Below are positions 41,258 through 51,263 of a stretch of DNA of 64,000 bases, piece after piece. Numbering within the stretch: position 1 is the stretch's first letter; each line of letters opens with the position of its first letter. The stretch is from an uncultured Planctomycetota bacterium (GTDB taxonomy: Bacteria; Planctomycetota; Planctomycetia; Pirellulales; Lacipirellulaceae). Made by a program: the position numbers and the translations under genes. Under the pieces are notes generated by a model. That model did not search any database, was not told the DNA's origin, and saw only the letters and a list, made by a program, of their open reading frames with translations. The stretch lies in contig CAVRBU010000002.1 of NCBI GenBank assembly GCA_963719315.1, positions 1,408,001-1,472,000 of the forward strand, read 5' to 3'.

Positions 41258-42745
41258 CAGGGTCTCCCATGCAAACGAAAAACTCTCCCCCTCGACGCGC
41301 GCCCCGGACTGAATCTCATTGCTGCTGCTGGCGGCTAAGCCGTCGATTGTTAGTGGTTCGTCGGCGCGGCAAAAAACTTGGTCATTTTGTCGGAAAACCA
41401 CGACATCTCGCTGCCAATCGCGGCAGCGGACGTGGCAATGCCGGTTCGGACCGAGCACGCAGCTATCGGCCATCAGCAGCACGGCATCGGCCGAGGGTTG
41501 CGTCTTGTGGTGGCTTTCGAGCGTCAGCCGCGCGGTCATGCTCAGGGCGTGCGGCTTCGTGAAACGGATGCGGACGTTGTCGCCCAATTGGATCAACTGA
41601 TTGTCGCCCAATACAAACGGCCCCTTGATTTCCCGGCCGTCGATGAGCGTCCGGTGCAACGGATCGAGGACGTAGGCGCCGGCGTCGCGACGAATCAAGG
41701 CATGGCGACGCGAGAGATCGGCCAGGATCGGCACGGCAAGCGTTTCGCTCGGCGACGGCTGACCGATCGCAATCGTGTCGTCGAAGCAGACCAGGAAGCC
41801 CCCGACTGCATCCACCCACAACAGCGCCCGCTTTGGATTTTCTGTGCCGGCCACGGTATCGACCTCACTGGAACGCGACGATGGACGAGTGGAACGTGGA
41901 GACGGGCGACCCTTCGGGCAGTGCCCGCTCCCCTGTAGCGCTAATGACACAGGCAGCCGAGCCGCCTGCTTCCACGGACCAGGCTGCCGACCACCGGCGT
42001 GCAGTTGCGTCACATTCATGCCGACAGCTTTCCAAGCGCGACGACGCGCTTGGCTGGCGGCCACATGCTGCGGCGCGATCGCGAGCAGCGCGTCGGCCGT
42101 CGACAGCACAACGCTCCAGTCCTCAGCCGTTAGTGCGGCATGCATTTCGGCGCTCAGCCGATGACACTCTTCCGCCGCTGCCGCTAGCCGCTGCTGCTCC
42201 GAGTGCAGATGGGCCGCAACTTCGTCCATTATACCCGGTTCCTTTTGCTGAAGCGCGGCCACCGCCGCGGCTCTTTTGACGGCGGTAACTGCCTCGGAAA
42301 TATGCCCACGGGCGGAATACACTTCGGCCTCCTGCATGAGTGTGGCGACCTGCTGACACTCGCGAATGCGTTCGTCCGCTAACCCACGCTGATTGAGTTT
42401 CTCCAGCCGTGCTAAAGCAGGCGCCGATTGGTTGGCGGCCAGATAACGTCGCACCTCGCTGAGCGATTGATTTGCGTAGTTGTGGCGAATTCGGTTGACC
42501 GCTTCGCCGTTTCCACCGAGTCGATCGGCTGCATTGAGATCTCGCCAACCGGCCGCCGAATCGCCGACCGCAAAGCGGCTTTCGGCTCGTTCGAGTATTT
42601 TGTCGGCCACTTGCTGCGCCAATTGCTTGGCCGGAAGGAACTCACGCAGCTTGGCGTCTGCGAGCATCGCACCCGCTTCATCAAAGCGGCCGCTCTGGCA
42701 CGCCGCGCGGGCATCTCGAAGTCGCATTCGCCAGGTGGGAAACAT
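41255..42745 (-). CDS. FHA-domain protein with helical N-terminus
   Basis: IGQP...LSRRHALIRR...LGDNQLIQLG FHA pattern. Confidence 0.8.
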   Translation of the reverse strand: MFPTWRMRLRDARAACQSGRFDEAGAMLADAKLREFLPAKQLAQQVADKILERAESRFAVGDSAAGWRDLNAADRLGGNGEAVNRIRHNYANQSLSEVRRYLAANQSAPALARLEKLNQRGLADERIRECQQVATLMQEAEVYSARGHISEAVTAVKRAAAVAALQQKEPGIMDEVAAHLHSEQQRLAAAAEECHRLSAEMHAALTAEDWSVVLSTADALLAIAPQHVAASQARRRAWKAVGMNVTQLHAGGRQPGPWKQAARLPVSLALQGSGHCPKGRPSPRSTRPSSRSSEVDTVAGTENPKRALLWVDAVGGFLVCFDDTIAIGQPSPSETLAVPILADLSRRHALIRRDAGAYVLDPLHRTLIDGREIKGPFVLGDNQLIQLGDNVRIRFTKPHALSMTARLTLESHHKTQPSADAVLLMADSCVLGPNRHCHVRCRDWQRDVVVFRQNDQVFCRADEPLTIDGLAASSSNEIQSGARVEGESFSFAWETL

Positions 42746-42747
42746 GG

Positions 42748-42851
42748 GAGAGTCGAGGGTCGAGGGTCGAGAGCCAGAAAATTGTGGTTCAGAGTTGCGA
42801 GAATCGAGAGCGGAGCCCCTCTGGCTCTTGACTCTCGACTCTCGTCTCTTG
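42748..42851. repeat. Heptamer-based intergenic palindrome (GTCGAGR / YCTCGAC)
   Basis: GAGAGTCGAGGGTCGAGGGTCGAGAGCCAGA ... TCTGGCTCTTGACTCTCGACTCTC. Confidence 0.7.
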
Positions 42852-42857
42852 ATTCAA

Positions 42858-43700
42858 CTACTCGTGAGCGAGAGAAACCGTAATGGCTTCGGTTTCTTTC
42901 TCCGGAGCTTCGTGGCTGGCGACGCCTTCCTTGCTGCCGAGCTTGAAGTACTCCGTCACCTGGTCGGTGATGTCGGCCGGCGTCGCGTCGTTGAGCGGGA
43001 TTTCGGCCTGCACATTGACATCGGCGTTGGCCAGCTTGGCCGCTACGTCGAGCCGCGTGCGGATATCCGTGATGAGCTCCTTGGCGCGGGCCAGTTGGCT
43101 ATCATCAAAAATGTAGTCGCTCGAGGCTTGGGCAACCTCGACGAGCTTCCGCTTGGCTTCGAGATTCTGCACGTCGACTTCCAGCTTCCGGCGAGCATTG
43201 ACCATGGCGGCCAGCTTTTGCTGGGCGGCGTCCAGGTTCTTCTGGCGGGCGTCCCGCATTTGCTTCATGCTGGCCAGCGTGTCGTCACACACCTTATAAC
43301 GGCTGAACCGCCGGGCCAGATCCTGCTTCACTTCATCACAAGTATAAGTGTGATTGGCGTACTGGTAGACGCCTTTGTTCTGTCCGAGGTCGCTCTGCAA
43401 GCGCAAAATGTCTTTCTTATCCGCGTCGGCCTTGCCCTGGTTGCCGGCGATCTGCTGATTGAGCTGCTCCAGCGCAACTTCTTCCTTGGCGATCACATGC
43501 ATCGAGTTGCGGATTTCCGGGTCCAGGTCGCGGACCATTTGCTTCGCCCGGTCGATTTGGAACTCGACCGGTACCCGGTCCTGCACCGAGCTGGTCAGTC
43601 GGTGATACGACGTGGAGACATAGCTGGCCGCATCGCGGCCGAACAACACCAGCGTGGTCAGGCCGAGGCCCGTCACCACCAAAATAGCTCGCTTGATCAT
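42858..43700 (-). CDS. Membrane-anchored coiled-coil protein (PspA-like character)
   Basis: N-terminal hydrophobic segment and long heptad helices; GGAG RBS. Confidence 0.7.
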   Translation of the reverse strand: MIKRAILVVTGLGLTTLVLFGRDAASYVSTSYHRLTSSVQDRVPVEFQIDRAKQMVRDLDPEIRNSMHVIAKEEVALEQLNQQIAGNQGKADADKKDILRLQSDLGQNKGVYQYANHTYTCDEVKQDLARRFSRYKVCDDTLASMKQMRDARQKNLDAAQQKLAAMVNARRKLEVDVQNLEAKRKLVEVAQASSDYIFDDSQLARAKELITDIRTRLDVAAKLANADVNVQAEIPLNDATPADITDQVTEYFKLGSKEGVASHEAPEKETEAITVSLAHE

Positions 43701-44127
43701 GGAACACGCTCCTCACACTGCTGGGACGTCACATCGGCTGCCGCAACGGGGCAGGCAGAAAAGACCGGGCGGCAGTCCCAAGGCAACAAAACGGAATGGG
43801 AAATTACAGGCGGACGACACGGGAACTCCGGCCGTCCATGAGGAATTTCGTCTCCCGCCACGCGATCTTGACCGCCGGCACGAAAAACTCAAAGATTTTT
43901 TCCGGGGCCAATTTGCCTTAGCCCGTCGCCGCAGAAATGCCCGCATTTCGCGGCCCCGAAGCATGCCCGGATGCTAGACCCGGATTGGGGATAGTAGAGT
44001 CTCCCAGCCAGGAAAACTCCCAGCGCAGCCTACGGCCGCAACCAAATGCATATTGCCACGAAGAAAACCCGCGGAAGGCAAAGTGCAACCTGATCCTTGA
44101 TTCTACAGCTCCAGCCAGAATGCATTA

Positions 44128-44208
44128 AACCGCCAAGTCCGCCAAGATCGCGAAGAGAATTCATCGTCGTTCGTTGCTTGACTTGGCGTCCTTGGCGACT
44201 TGGCGGTT
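44128..44208. repeat. CGCCAAG-type REP-like palindrome
   Basis: AACCGCCAAGTCCGCCAAG ... CTTGGCGTCCTTGGCGACTTGGCGGTT. Confidence 0.75.
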
Positions 44209-44381
44209 CGAATCGATCGGGTTGTTTGTTTGTTGTGTCTTTGTGATGCTTGTGGCTTTCTGAAAAAAGTTGAGCAGTGTGTGCAGTTTCGAAGCGTTAG
44301 TAGCACAAAGTCATCCTTGGGTGAAGAAAAGGTGAAGAAAAATGTGAGAGGCGCAAATCTTGTGTGGGGTTATTGTGCGTC

Positions 44382-44426
44382 AAAAAAAGCAGGGAGGACC
44401 GATCGCAAGTTGCGTTCGGTCCTCCC
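44382..44426 (-). terminator. Rho-independent terminator of the LysM gene
   Basis: GGGAGGACCGA..TCGGTCCTCCC stem followed by a T tract on the minus strand. Confidence 0.75.
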
Positions 44427-44441
44427 CGAGGTTGACGTTTC

Positions 44442-45452
44442 TCAGTTAGTGGCTGCCAGTTTGGGTGCGGCAGCCAGTTGCACCGCGTCCTTGGCGACCA
44501 CACTCCCATCGGCCCGCAGGATTTCGATCTGGGCTGGCGTGCCAGCAGGCAGGTCGGACGGAATCCGAACCTTTGCGGCGTTCGTGGACCATTCGACAAT
44601 TTCCAGGACCACGGGCGAGCCATTGACGATGAGCCGAACCGTACCGCGGTTGTCGCCAAGCGGCTGGCCATTGATCGCCATGATGCTGCCGATCAGGATC
44701 GAAGGGAGCGGGCGATCGTTCGGACCAGCGTTCGGAGCCGCGGGCTGACCCGTGGGCTGGCCCGGCATCCCGTTCAATGGACTACCGTTAAGCTGCTGAA
44801 TCATGGCGAAGTTTTTCGAGTCCGCTTCGGAAACTTGCGGAGCAATCGGAGCCTGCGGGGCAAGCTGCTGAATTTGCTGACCGAACTGAGCGCCTTGGGG
44901 CAGTCCCATCGGAGGTTGCTGCGGGGCGAAGCCTTGGCCCTGCGGAGCAAAACCATTCCCTTGCGGCAAACCACCTTGCGGACGGAGCTGAGCACCTTGG
45001 GGCAAACCTTGCGGCAAGCCACCCGCGAAACCCTGAGGCGCCATGGCGAACGCGGCCGGGGCCGACGACAGGCTAAAGCTTCCATTCGGATTGATCACCG
45101 GCAGGCGAAGCTGCATGCCGATCGTGAGCGGCAAATTATTCGGCAGGCCGTTGAAGTCTGCGACTCGGTTCCAGATGCTCGAGTTGCCGTATTCACGCGC
45201 GCAAATCGAGAGCCAGGAGTCACCGGGCATCACAGCCACGAGCGAGTGAGCGGGCGCAAATGTCGGGGCGACGACGACCGGTCTGACGTACTCGCGGCGC
45301 ACGTACTGGGGATAGTAATGGCTGCTATAGCCGCTGCTATAGCCGCCGCTGTAGCCGCCGTATCCGCCATGGCAGGCCAACGCACTCGACGCGGCCATGC
45401 CGATCGAACCAATCGTCAAAACTACAACCAGGGCATACATTGAAGCTTTCAT
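44442..45452 (-). CDS. Secreted LysM protein with G/Y/S-rich and PQG-rich low-complexity regions and a C-terminal IPT-like domain
   Basis: VMPGDSWLSICAREYG...FNGL..LTIGMQLRLP LysM; repeated LPQG/APQG; AGGAG RBS. Confidence 0.8.
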   Translation of the reverse strand: MKASMYALVVVLTIGSIGMAASSALACHGGYGGYSGGYSSGYSSHYYPQYVRREYVRPVVVAPTFAPAHSLVAVMPGDSWLSICAREYGNSSIWNRVADFNGLPNNLPLTIGMQLRLPVINPNGSFSLSSAPAAFAMAPQGFAGGLPQGLPQGAQLRPQGGLPQGNGFAPQGQGFAPQQPPMGLPQGAQFGQQIQQLAPQAPIAPQVSEADSKNFAMIQQLNGSPLNGMPGQPTGQPAAPNAGPNDRPLPSILIGSIMAINGQPLGDNRGTVRLIVNGSPVVLEIVEWSTNAAKVRIPSDLPAGTPAQIEILRADGSVVAKDAVQLAAAPKLAATN

Positions 45453-45552
45453 CGTTCTACTCCTAAGGAAGGTTTGGGGGGGGTTGAATAACCGAAGAAG
45501 GGCCACACGCGAAAACGGGTAGGAGATCGCGTGGCTGGCTACTTCGACACCT

Positions 45553-45583
45553 TCTCTTACGGCCAGCCGGCCGGTTGTTACAG
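45553..45583 (-). promoter_or_regulatory. Candidate ECF-type promoter
   Basis: TGTAAC-N16-GTAAGAGA; matches the motif upstream of the neighbouring gene. Confidence 0.5.
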
Positions 45584-45681
45584 CAGCGGAAAAGAATGAT
45601 CGGAAAACGGAGACAAAAAAGGAACTTGACGGAGGAATTGGGGCGCGAATAGCTGCCTTCGGAAGACTCGGACAAATAGAA

Positions 45682-45710
45682 AAGGCGGCGGGAAAAGTTC
45701 CCGCCGCCTT
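45682..45710 (-). terminator. Terminator hairpin after the Cys/Tyr-rich gene
   Basis: AAGGCGGCGGGAA-AAG-TTCCCGCCGCCTT. Confidence 0.7.
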
Positions 45711-45800
45711 CTCGTGTGGGACAACAGCCCGCCGGTGGTCACCTGCTTATTCAGGCAGGATCGTCACCAGCGGGCTGCCGCCTCCGGTCGGTCGAGCAAC

Positions 45801-46280
45801 TTACTTCTTGAAGTTGCGGAAGGGGATGCAGCTCGTGCTATACGAGGGCAAGTAGTTACATGTGGAGTAGCTGCATGTCGGATAGCTGTAAGTCGGTGCA
45901 CAGCTGTAATTGCAGGTCGTCGGCACGTAGCTGGTGTTGTACACCGGAACGTACTGGGTCACAGGCTCGTAGCTGCACGTGGCGACTGGCTCGTAGCAGG
46001 TCGACGGTGCGCAGTAGGTCGGCTGGCAGTAGCTAACCGGGTAGCTGCAATAGCTCGGGCAGTAGGAGCTGTAGCTGGGGCAATATGAGCTGTAGCTCGG
46101 GCAATAGGAGCTATAGCTGGGGCAATAGCTGCCGTAAGAGCTATGGCAAGAGCCAAAGCTGCGCGAACTGCCGTGGCAACTATTACCGCCGTTGGCTTGA
46201 GCTGCGGCGGAAAAGCTCAGGGCGACTACGGTCGTACACGCGACCAGGGCGAACATACGGGTTGAGCGGAATGCGTTCAT
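45801..46280 (-). CDS. Secreted Cys/Tyr/Ser-rich repeat protein (YCPSYSS repeats)
   Basis: Signal peptide ending AQA, GGAGA RBS; 21-bp repeats differ only at synonymous sites. Confidence 0.75.
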   Translation of the reverse strand: MNAFRSTRMFALVACTTVVALSFSAAAQANGGNSCHGSSRSFGSCHSSYGSYCPSYSSYCPSYSSYCPSYSSYCPSYCSYPVSYCQPTYCAPSTCYEPVATCSYEPVTQYVPVYNTSYVPTTCNYSCAPTYSYPTCSYSTCNYLPSYSTSCIPFRNFKK

Positions 46281-46336
46281 CGATCGGTCTCCATAAAGAG
46301 AGGGTTTAGGGTGGCGGGCCAATTGACCCGTTCACT

Positions 46337-46369
46337 CTCTCATACTGGCCACCGTGCGGGGTGTTACAG
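46337..46369 (-). promoter_or_regulatory. Candidate ECF-type promoter
   Basis: TGTAAC-N17-GTATGAGA. Confidence 0.5.
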
Positions 46370-46635
46370 AGGACGGCAAAATTAGTGCCTATTGGGCCAT
46401 GAATATCGGCCCTGCCTCGCTCGCCCGAACGGTGTCGGATCTACACCAGTCGGGATCCAGTGGAAATCGCGAATGCGGTCGAAAGTGGGCAGATTCGCTG
46501 AATATCGAGGGGATAGGCGGACATCAAGCCAAAAGTATGGATATGGATTGGAGCCCGCAGCGCAAGCAAGGGACGCAGTGATTCCCGATGCACTCTTGCT
46601 TGCGCTCTGATCGGACAGCAGAGACGGCCGCGACG

Positions 46636-48444
46636 TTATTCCGCGATTCGTTCTAGTTCTTCCCAGCGAGCATACGTTGATGCGAGTTGTTGCTCGAGTT
46701 CCTTCAGTTGCGTTTGCTGCCGGGCGATTTCTGTGGCTGGCTGTTTGTAGAAATCGGGCTGGGCCACAGCCCCGTGCAATTCGGCAAGTTGGGCGTCGAG
46801 CTGTTCGATCTTTTTGGGCAGCGAATCAAGCTCGCGTTTTTCGTGGTAGGCGAGGCGACGATTCTGCGGCGGCGGTTCAGTGTTTGCGGCTGGCTTTTCC
46901 TTGGGACGCGGCCGTTTGTCGTTGGGTTCCGTCTCGGTGGCTTCCGGGCGCTGGCGGAGCCAGTCGTCGTAACCGCCAACATATTCGCGAACGCCGTCGG
47001 GCTCGAACACGATGGTGCTGGTGGCCACGTTGTTGAGGAAAGCACGATCGTGGCTCACCAACAGAATGGTGCCCTCGAACTCGACCAATCGCTCTTCCAA
47101 TAGCTCAAGTGTTTCGGTGTCGAGATCGTTGGTTGGTTCGTCGAGCACGAGCACGTTGGCCGGTTTCGAGAATAGCCGTGCCAACAGCAGGCGATTTCGT
47201 TCGCCGCCGGAAAGGAATCGCACCGGAGTTCGCGCTCGATCGGGCGTAAACAGGAAATCTTGCAGGTATCCCAGCACATGGCGCGAGCTGCCGTTCACGA
47301 CGATCGACTCGCCGCCAACGCCAAGGTTGTCTTGGACGGTTGCCTCCTCGTCGAGCTGCTGGCGAAGCTGGTCGAAGTAGGCGATTTGCAGATTGGTGCC
47401 CAACCGCACGCTACCAGATTGCGGCGCTACCTGACCGAGCAGCAATTGGAGCAGCGTCGTTTTGCCGACGCCGTTCGGGCCGATCACGCCGATCTTGTCC
47501 CCCCGCATGATGGTCGTGGAGAAGCCGCTGACGATCGGCCGCGCGTCGTATGCGAAGCTAAAATCCTCGACTTTGGCGACCAACGCGCCGCTGCGTTGTT
47601 CCGATTGAATCTCGAGTTTGGCCAGGCCTTTGATGTCGCGGCGTTTGCTCCGTTCCAGCCGCATTTGCTGAAGCGCGCGGACGCGGCCTTCGTTGCGCGT
47701 GCGGCGAGCCTTGATGCCCTGTCGCAGCCAGACTTCCTCTTGAGCCAGTTTTTTGTCGAACAACGCGTTCTGCTTTTCTTCGGAGGCCAACGACATTTCT
47801 TTGCGAACCAGAAACGTGTCGTAGTCGCACGACCAGTCGAACAGCCGGCCGCGATCGAGCTCAATGATTCGAGTGGCCAGCTTCCGCAAAAATGCACGGT
47901 CGTGCGTCACGAACAGCAGCGTGGTCGGCCAGCGCAGCAGGAAATCTTCCAGCCAGCGAATTGCGTCGATATCGAGGTGGTTCGTCGGCTCGTCGAGAAG
48001 GAGCAAGTCGGGCTCGGCGACGAGCGACCTGGCAAGCAGGGCCCGGCGCTTCATGCCCGAGGAGAGTGTGCTCGTTTCGAGATTTTCGTCCAGGCCCATC
48101 CGCGACAGCACCCGCTCCACTTTATGCTGCGATTGCCAGAGGTGCGATTCATCCAGTTCGCGCGACGGCAACCCGCCGAGAACCACGTCGCCAATGCTCC
48201 CGGAAAGATCCTGCGGTACTTCCTGCGGAAGCAGCGACACCTTGATACCCGGCATGACGGTACACTGCCCATGATCGGGCGCAATGGCGCCGGACAGGAT
48301 TCGCATCAGCGTCGTTTTGCCCGAGCCGTTTAGCCCCAGCAGACCGATCCGCTGGCCGGACTCGATCTGGCAAGTCACTTCGTCCAGCAGCGGCGGCCCC
48401 CGAAAGCCGATGCTGACTTCGTTGAGGAGAATAAATGGTGGCAT
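46636..48444 (-). CDS. uup: ABC-F ATPase Uup
   Basis: Two ABC cassettes, EEVWLRQGIKARRTRNEGRVRAL linker, C-terminal coiled coil ending YARWEELE. Confidence 0.93.
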   Translation of the reverse strand: MPPFILLNEVSIGFRGPPLLDEVTCQIESGQRIGLLGLNGSGKTTLMRILSGAIAPDHGQCTVMPGIKVSLLPQEVPQDLSGSIGDVVLGGLPSRELDESHLWQSQHKVERVLSRMGLDENLETSTLSSGMKRRALLARSLVAEPDLLLLDEPTNHLDIDAIRWLEDFLLRWPTTLLFVTHDRAFLRKLATRIIELDRGRLFDWSCDYDTFLVRKEMSLASEEKQNALFDKKLAQEEVWLRQGIKARRTRNEGRVRALQQMRLERSKRRDIKGLAKLEIQSEQRSGALVAKVEDFSFAYDARPIVSGFSTTIMRGDKIGVIGPNGVGKTTLLQLLLGQVAPQSGSVRLGTNLQIAYFDQLRQQLDEEATVQDNLGVGGESIVVNGSSRHVLGYLQDFLFTPDRARTPVRFLSGGERNRLLLARLFSKPANVLVLDEPTNDLDTETLELLEERLVEFEGTILLVSHDRAFLNNVATSTIVFEPDGVREYVGGYDDWLRQRPEATETEPNDKRPRPKEKPAANTEPPPQNRRLAYHEKRELDSLPKKIEQLDAQLAELHGAVAQPDFYKQPATEIARQQTQLKELEQQLASTYARWEELERIAE

Positions 48445-48649
48445 AGTGGATGATACGGTGCGGGGCGTTACAGTTTTGGGTCGGCCCCGAAGGGGCCAAT
48501 CGTTTCTCACGCACAATCGAGACTCCCGCTTAATCGTACTCCCAACTATGTCTTTCTGGCATGGTCTGCGATCCCAGACTATACTCGCTTTTATTGCGAT
48601 CTACCTGCTATGCGAAGCTTCCATGGCAGAATTCGTTAGGCGGTTCGAA

Positions 48650-51103
48650 ATGCGTATAGCATTCTCTATTCGCGGGAGTCATGGGAGCATCTGGTCGCGG
48701 CGTCTCACCCACACTGAGGTTGTACGGGCGCTTGCGGCCTGCCTGCTGACGGCCGTTGCCGTCGCGCCGGCCGTCGCCAATACCTTCACCTGGACCAACG
48801 CCAGCATTACTAACAGCAACTGGTCCAATGCCGGCAATTGGACCCCGGGCGGCGGGCCGCCTGGAACCACGGACCTGGCCATTGTGACACCCGGCGCACT
48901 AGGCACTAACGGTACTGCGATCGTAAACGCAGGTACGGCGTCTTCCGCCAGCACCCAAGTCCAGCACGTTGCGGGTGTCGACGGTGAAATCCAATTGGTG
49001 GCCGGAACGACACTCGGCATCAATGGCGGCGATTTAACCAACGACGGAAGCATCTACGTCAACAGCACAGCCGGCGCCACGGCAACGCGGGTGCTCTTTT
49101 CCGCCTTCATGGGCGACACCCTAAACACGCTCTCTGGCACGGGCACAATTTATTTACAGGCCGGACCTCAATTTTTGTCTTCCGCGCCCGCCAGCATTCA
49201 AACGAGCGGAAGCGTCGTCACCCAAGAAGCCGGGCACACGATTCGCGGTGTTGGACTCGTGAGTGCGAACATGGTCAACAACGGCTCCATCATTGCCGAC
49301 AATCTCAACTCTCTTCCAGGCGACAATCGCCTGGAACTTTCCGGCGGAAGCATGACCAGCAACGGCGCGCTCGTCGCCGAATCCGGCGCGATGCTCGACA
49401 TTGTCGGAACCTACTCGATTACGCAAGGAACGACCGGCGTGATCCAGGCCCTCGATGGCGGCACCGTGCGGCTCCGCGAATTCACGGTCATCCAGAATGG
49501 GACTCTCCAAACCAAGGGCACCGGCCTAATTGTCAACACTACGGGCTCTTTCGCTCCCCGGCTGATCGATGTCGCAAACGAAGGTACGTATCGCATTAAT
49601 TCCTCGGCGACTACGTTCGTCTCGGGGACAGGTCTAACCAACAGCGGGGAAATTCAAGTCTTCGGCACGCTCAACTACCTGAACGATGGCGTTCTCGACG
49701 GGACCGGAAGCCTGGTGCTCGGCGTTGCTGGCGTACTCACCGGTCAGACGCTCCCCCCGCCGGCCGTCGTCATCACGCATGGGTCCGGCCATACCATCCG
49801 AGGCCTGGGGCAGGTTCAGGCCCCCCTGATCAATAACGGCACGATTCGCGCCGAGGGCGGCACGATGCGACTGAATTCCTACGAAAAGACAAACAATTTC
49901 GAGATCCGCGCCTCTTCTGGCAGCACGCTCCAAATCGAATCTTTCATCACGCAGAATTCCAGCACCGGCCTGATTATCGCCGAAGACGGCAGCACGGTGA
50001 AACTCACGTCGACGGGCAAAGTCACCAACGGCCGATTGTTATCGCTCGGCAGCGGCATTATCCAGGCCGGCGACGGCACGCGCCTGGTCGATGTGAACAA
50101 TCAGGCGGCGATCGAAGTGCGCCCGATCAGCAGCGTCGGGATTCTCAATATCGAGGGAACGTCGCTCACGAACGGCTACTCCATCACTGTCAACCCGCTT
50201 AAATCGGGCGGCACGTACGCCATCCAGTTTTGCTGCGATCCCCAAATGACGCTCGATGGCAGCGGTTACGTCGATCTCCATGCGACGAATTCAACCCTCA
50301 CCGTCGCCGCAGCAACCACGCTCACCAACGCTGCCGGCCACACAATCAAGGGCCCCGGCGCAATCGACGGAATCCTGGTCAACCAAGGCACCGTCACCGG
50401 CGGAACGATCGCCGGACCCGTCGATATCATTCGCGTACTCGGCCGACTCTCCGGCACCGGCGACTTGAAGGATATCCGTTTCAACGGCACTCACGCTCCC
50501 GGACTCAACGGTGCGGGCAGCGTTTCGGTCGACAGCCAATATGAAATCGCATCGACCGGCAAGCTCGAAATCGATGTCGGTGGGACTACCAGCGGCGCCG
50601 ACTACGATGCAGTCCATGTGACTGGCTTCGCATTGCTGGGCGGCACAATCCAAGTCAATCTCATCAACAACTTTCTACCCCAACCTGGCCAGTCCTTTCA
50701 GTTCCTCACGACGACCACCGGCGTCAACAACACGTTCGCCCACGAAAACCTGCCGGCTCTTTACGGCGGCCTGTATCTCGACGTGCTGTACTCGGCCAAC
50801 CACGTCGACTTGGCCGTGGCGGGCGTCCTCGGCGACTATAACCGCAACGGAATCGTCGACGCCGCCGACTACGTCACGTGGCGCAAGAGCGCTTGGTCAA
50901 TCCGGCACGGGCCTGGCCGCCGACGGCAATGGCGACGGCATGGTTGACACTGGCGATCTCAACGTCTGGCGCGCCCATTTCGGGCAAACACCCGGCAGCG
51001 GCGCGGCGCCATCACGAACGCCGTCGTTCCTGAACCAGAAATGCTGCTGATACTGATCCTGGCCGCGGCTGGCTGGTGTCTGCAGCGAGGCCGAACCGGA
51101 TAG
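48650..51103 (+). CDS. Large secreted beta-repeat (autotransporter-passenger-like) protein with dockerin-like and PEP-CTERM tail; frame breaks near 50890-51005
   Basis: NWSNAGNW, repeated GHTIRG.G, GDYNRNGIVDAADY, VPEP plus TM in an alternate frame. Confidence 0.8.
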
Positions 51104-51263
51104 TATGTCCCAGTGCACGAAGCCGGCCTCACAGAAGCCAGCCATAGTTTTCAACCGGCTGTTAGAGTTTCTCGCAAGGGGCCCAGGGGCGCGGAGATGG
51201 GATGGGCGCCACTGGGAGACTGGGGCAGCAGGCCCGGCGATGCGTAGCGGTTATTCACTGCCC

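Noticed and set aside
46043..46135. 21-bp tandem repeats as a CRISPR array
   Set aside because: No spacers and no cas genes; they are coding repeats. No CRISPR array was seen anywhere in the window.
48455..48473. 17/19 match to the 46351-46369 motif upstream of uup
   Set aside because: It lacks the GTA box at 16-17 bp spacing, and such a match can arise by chance in 64 kb.
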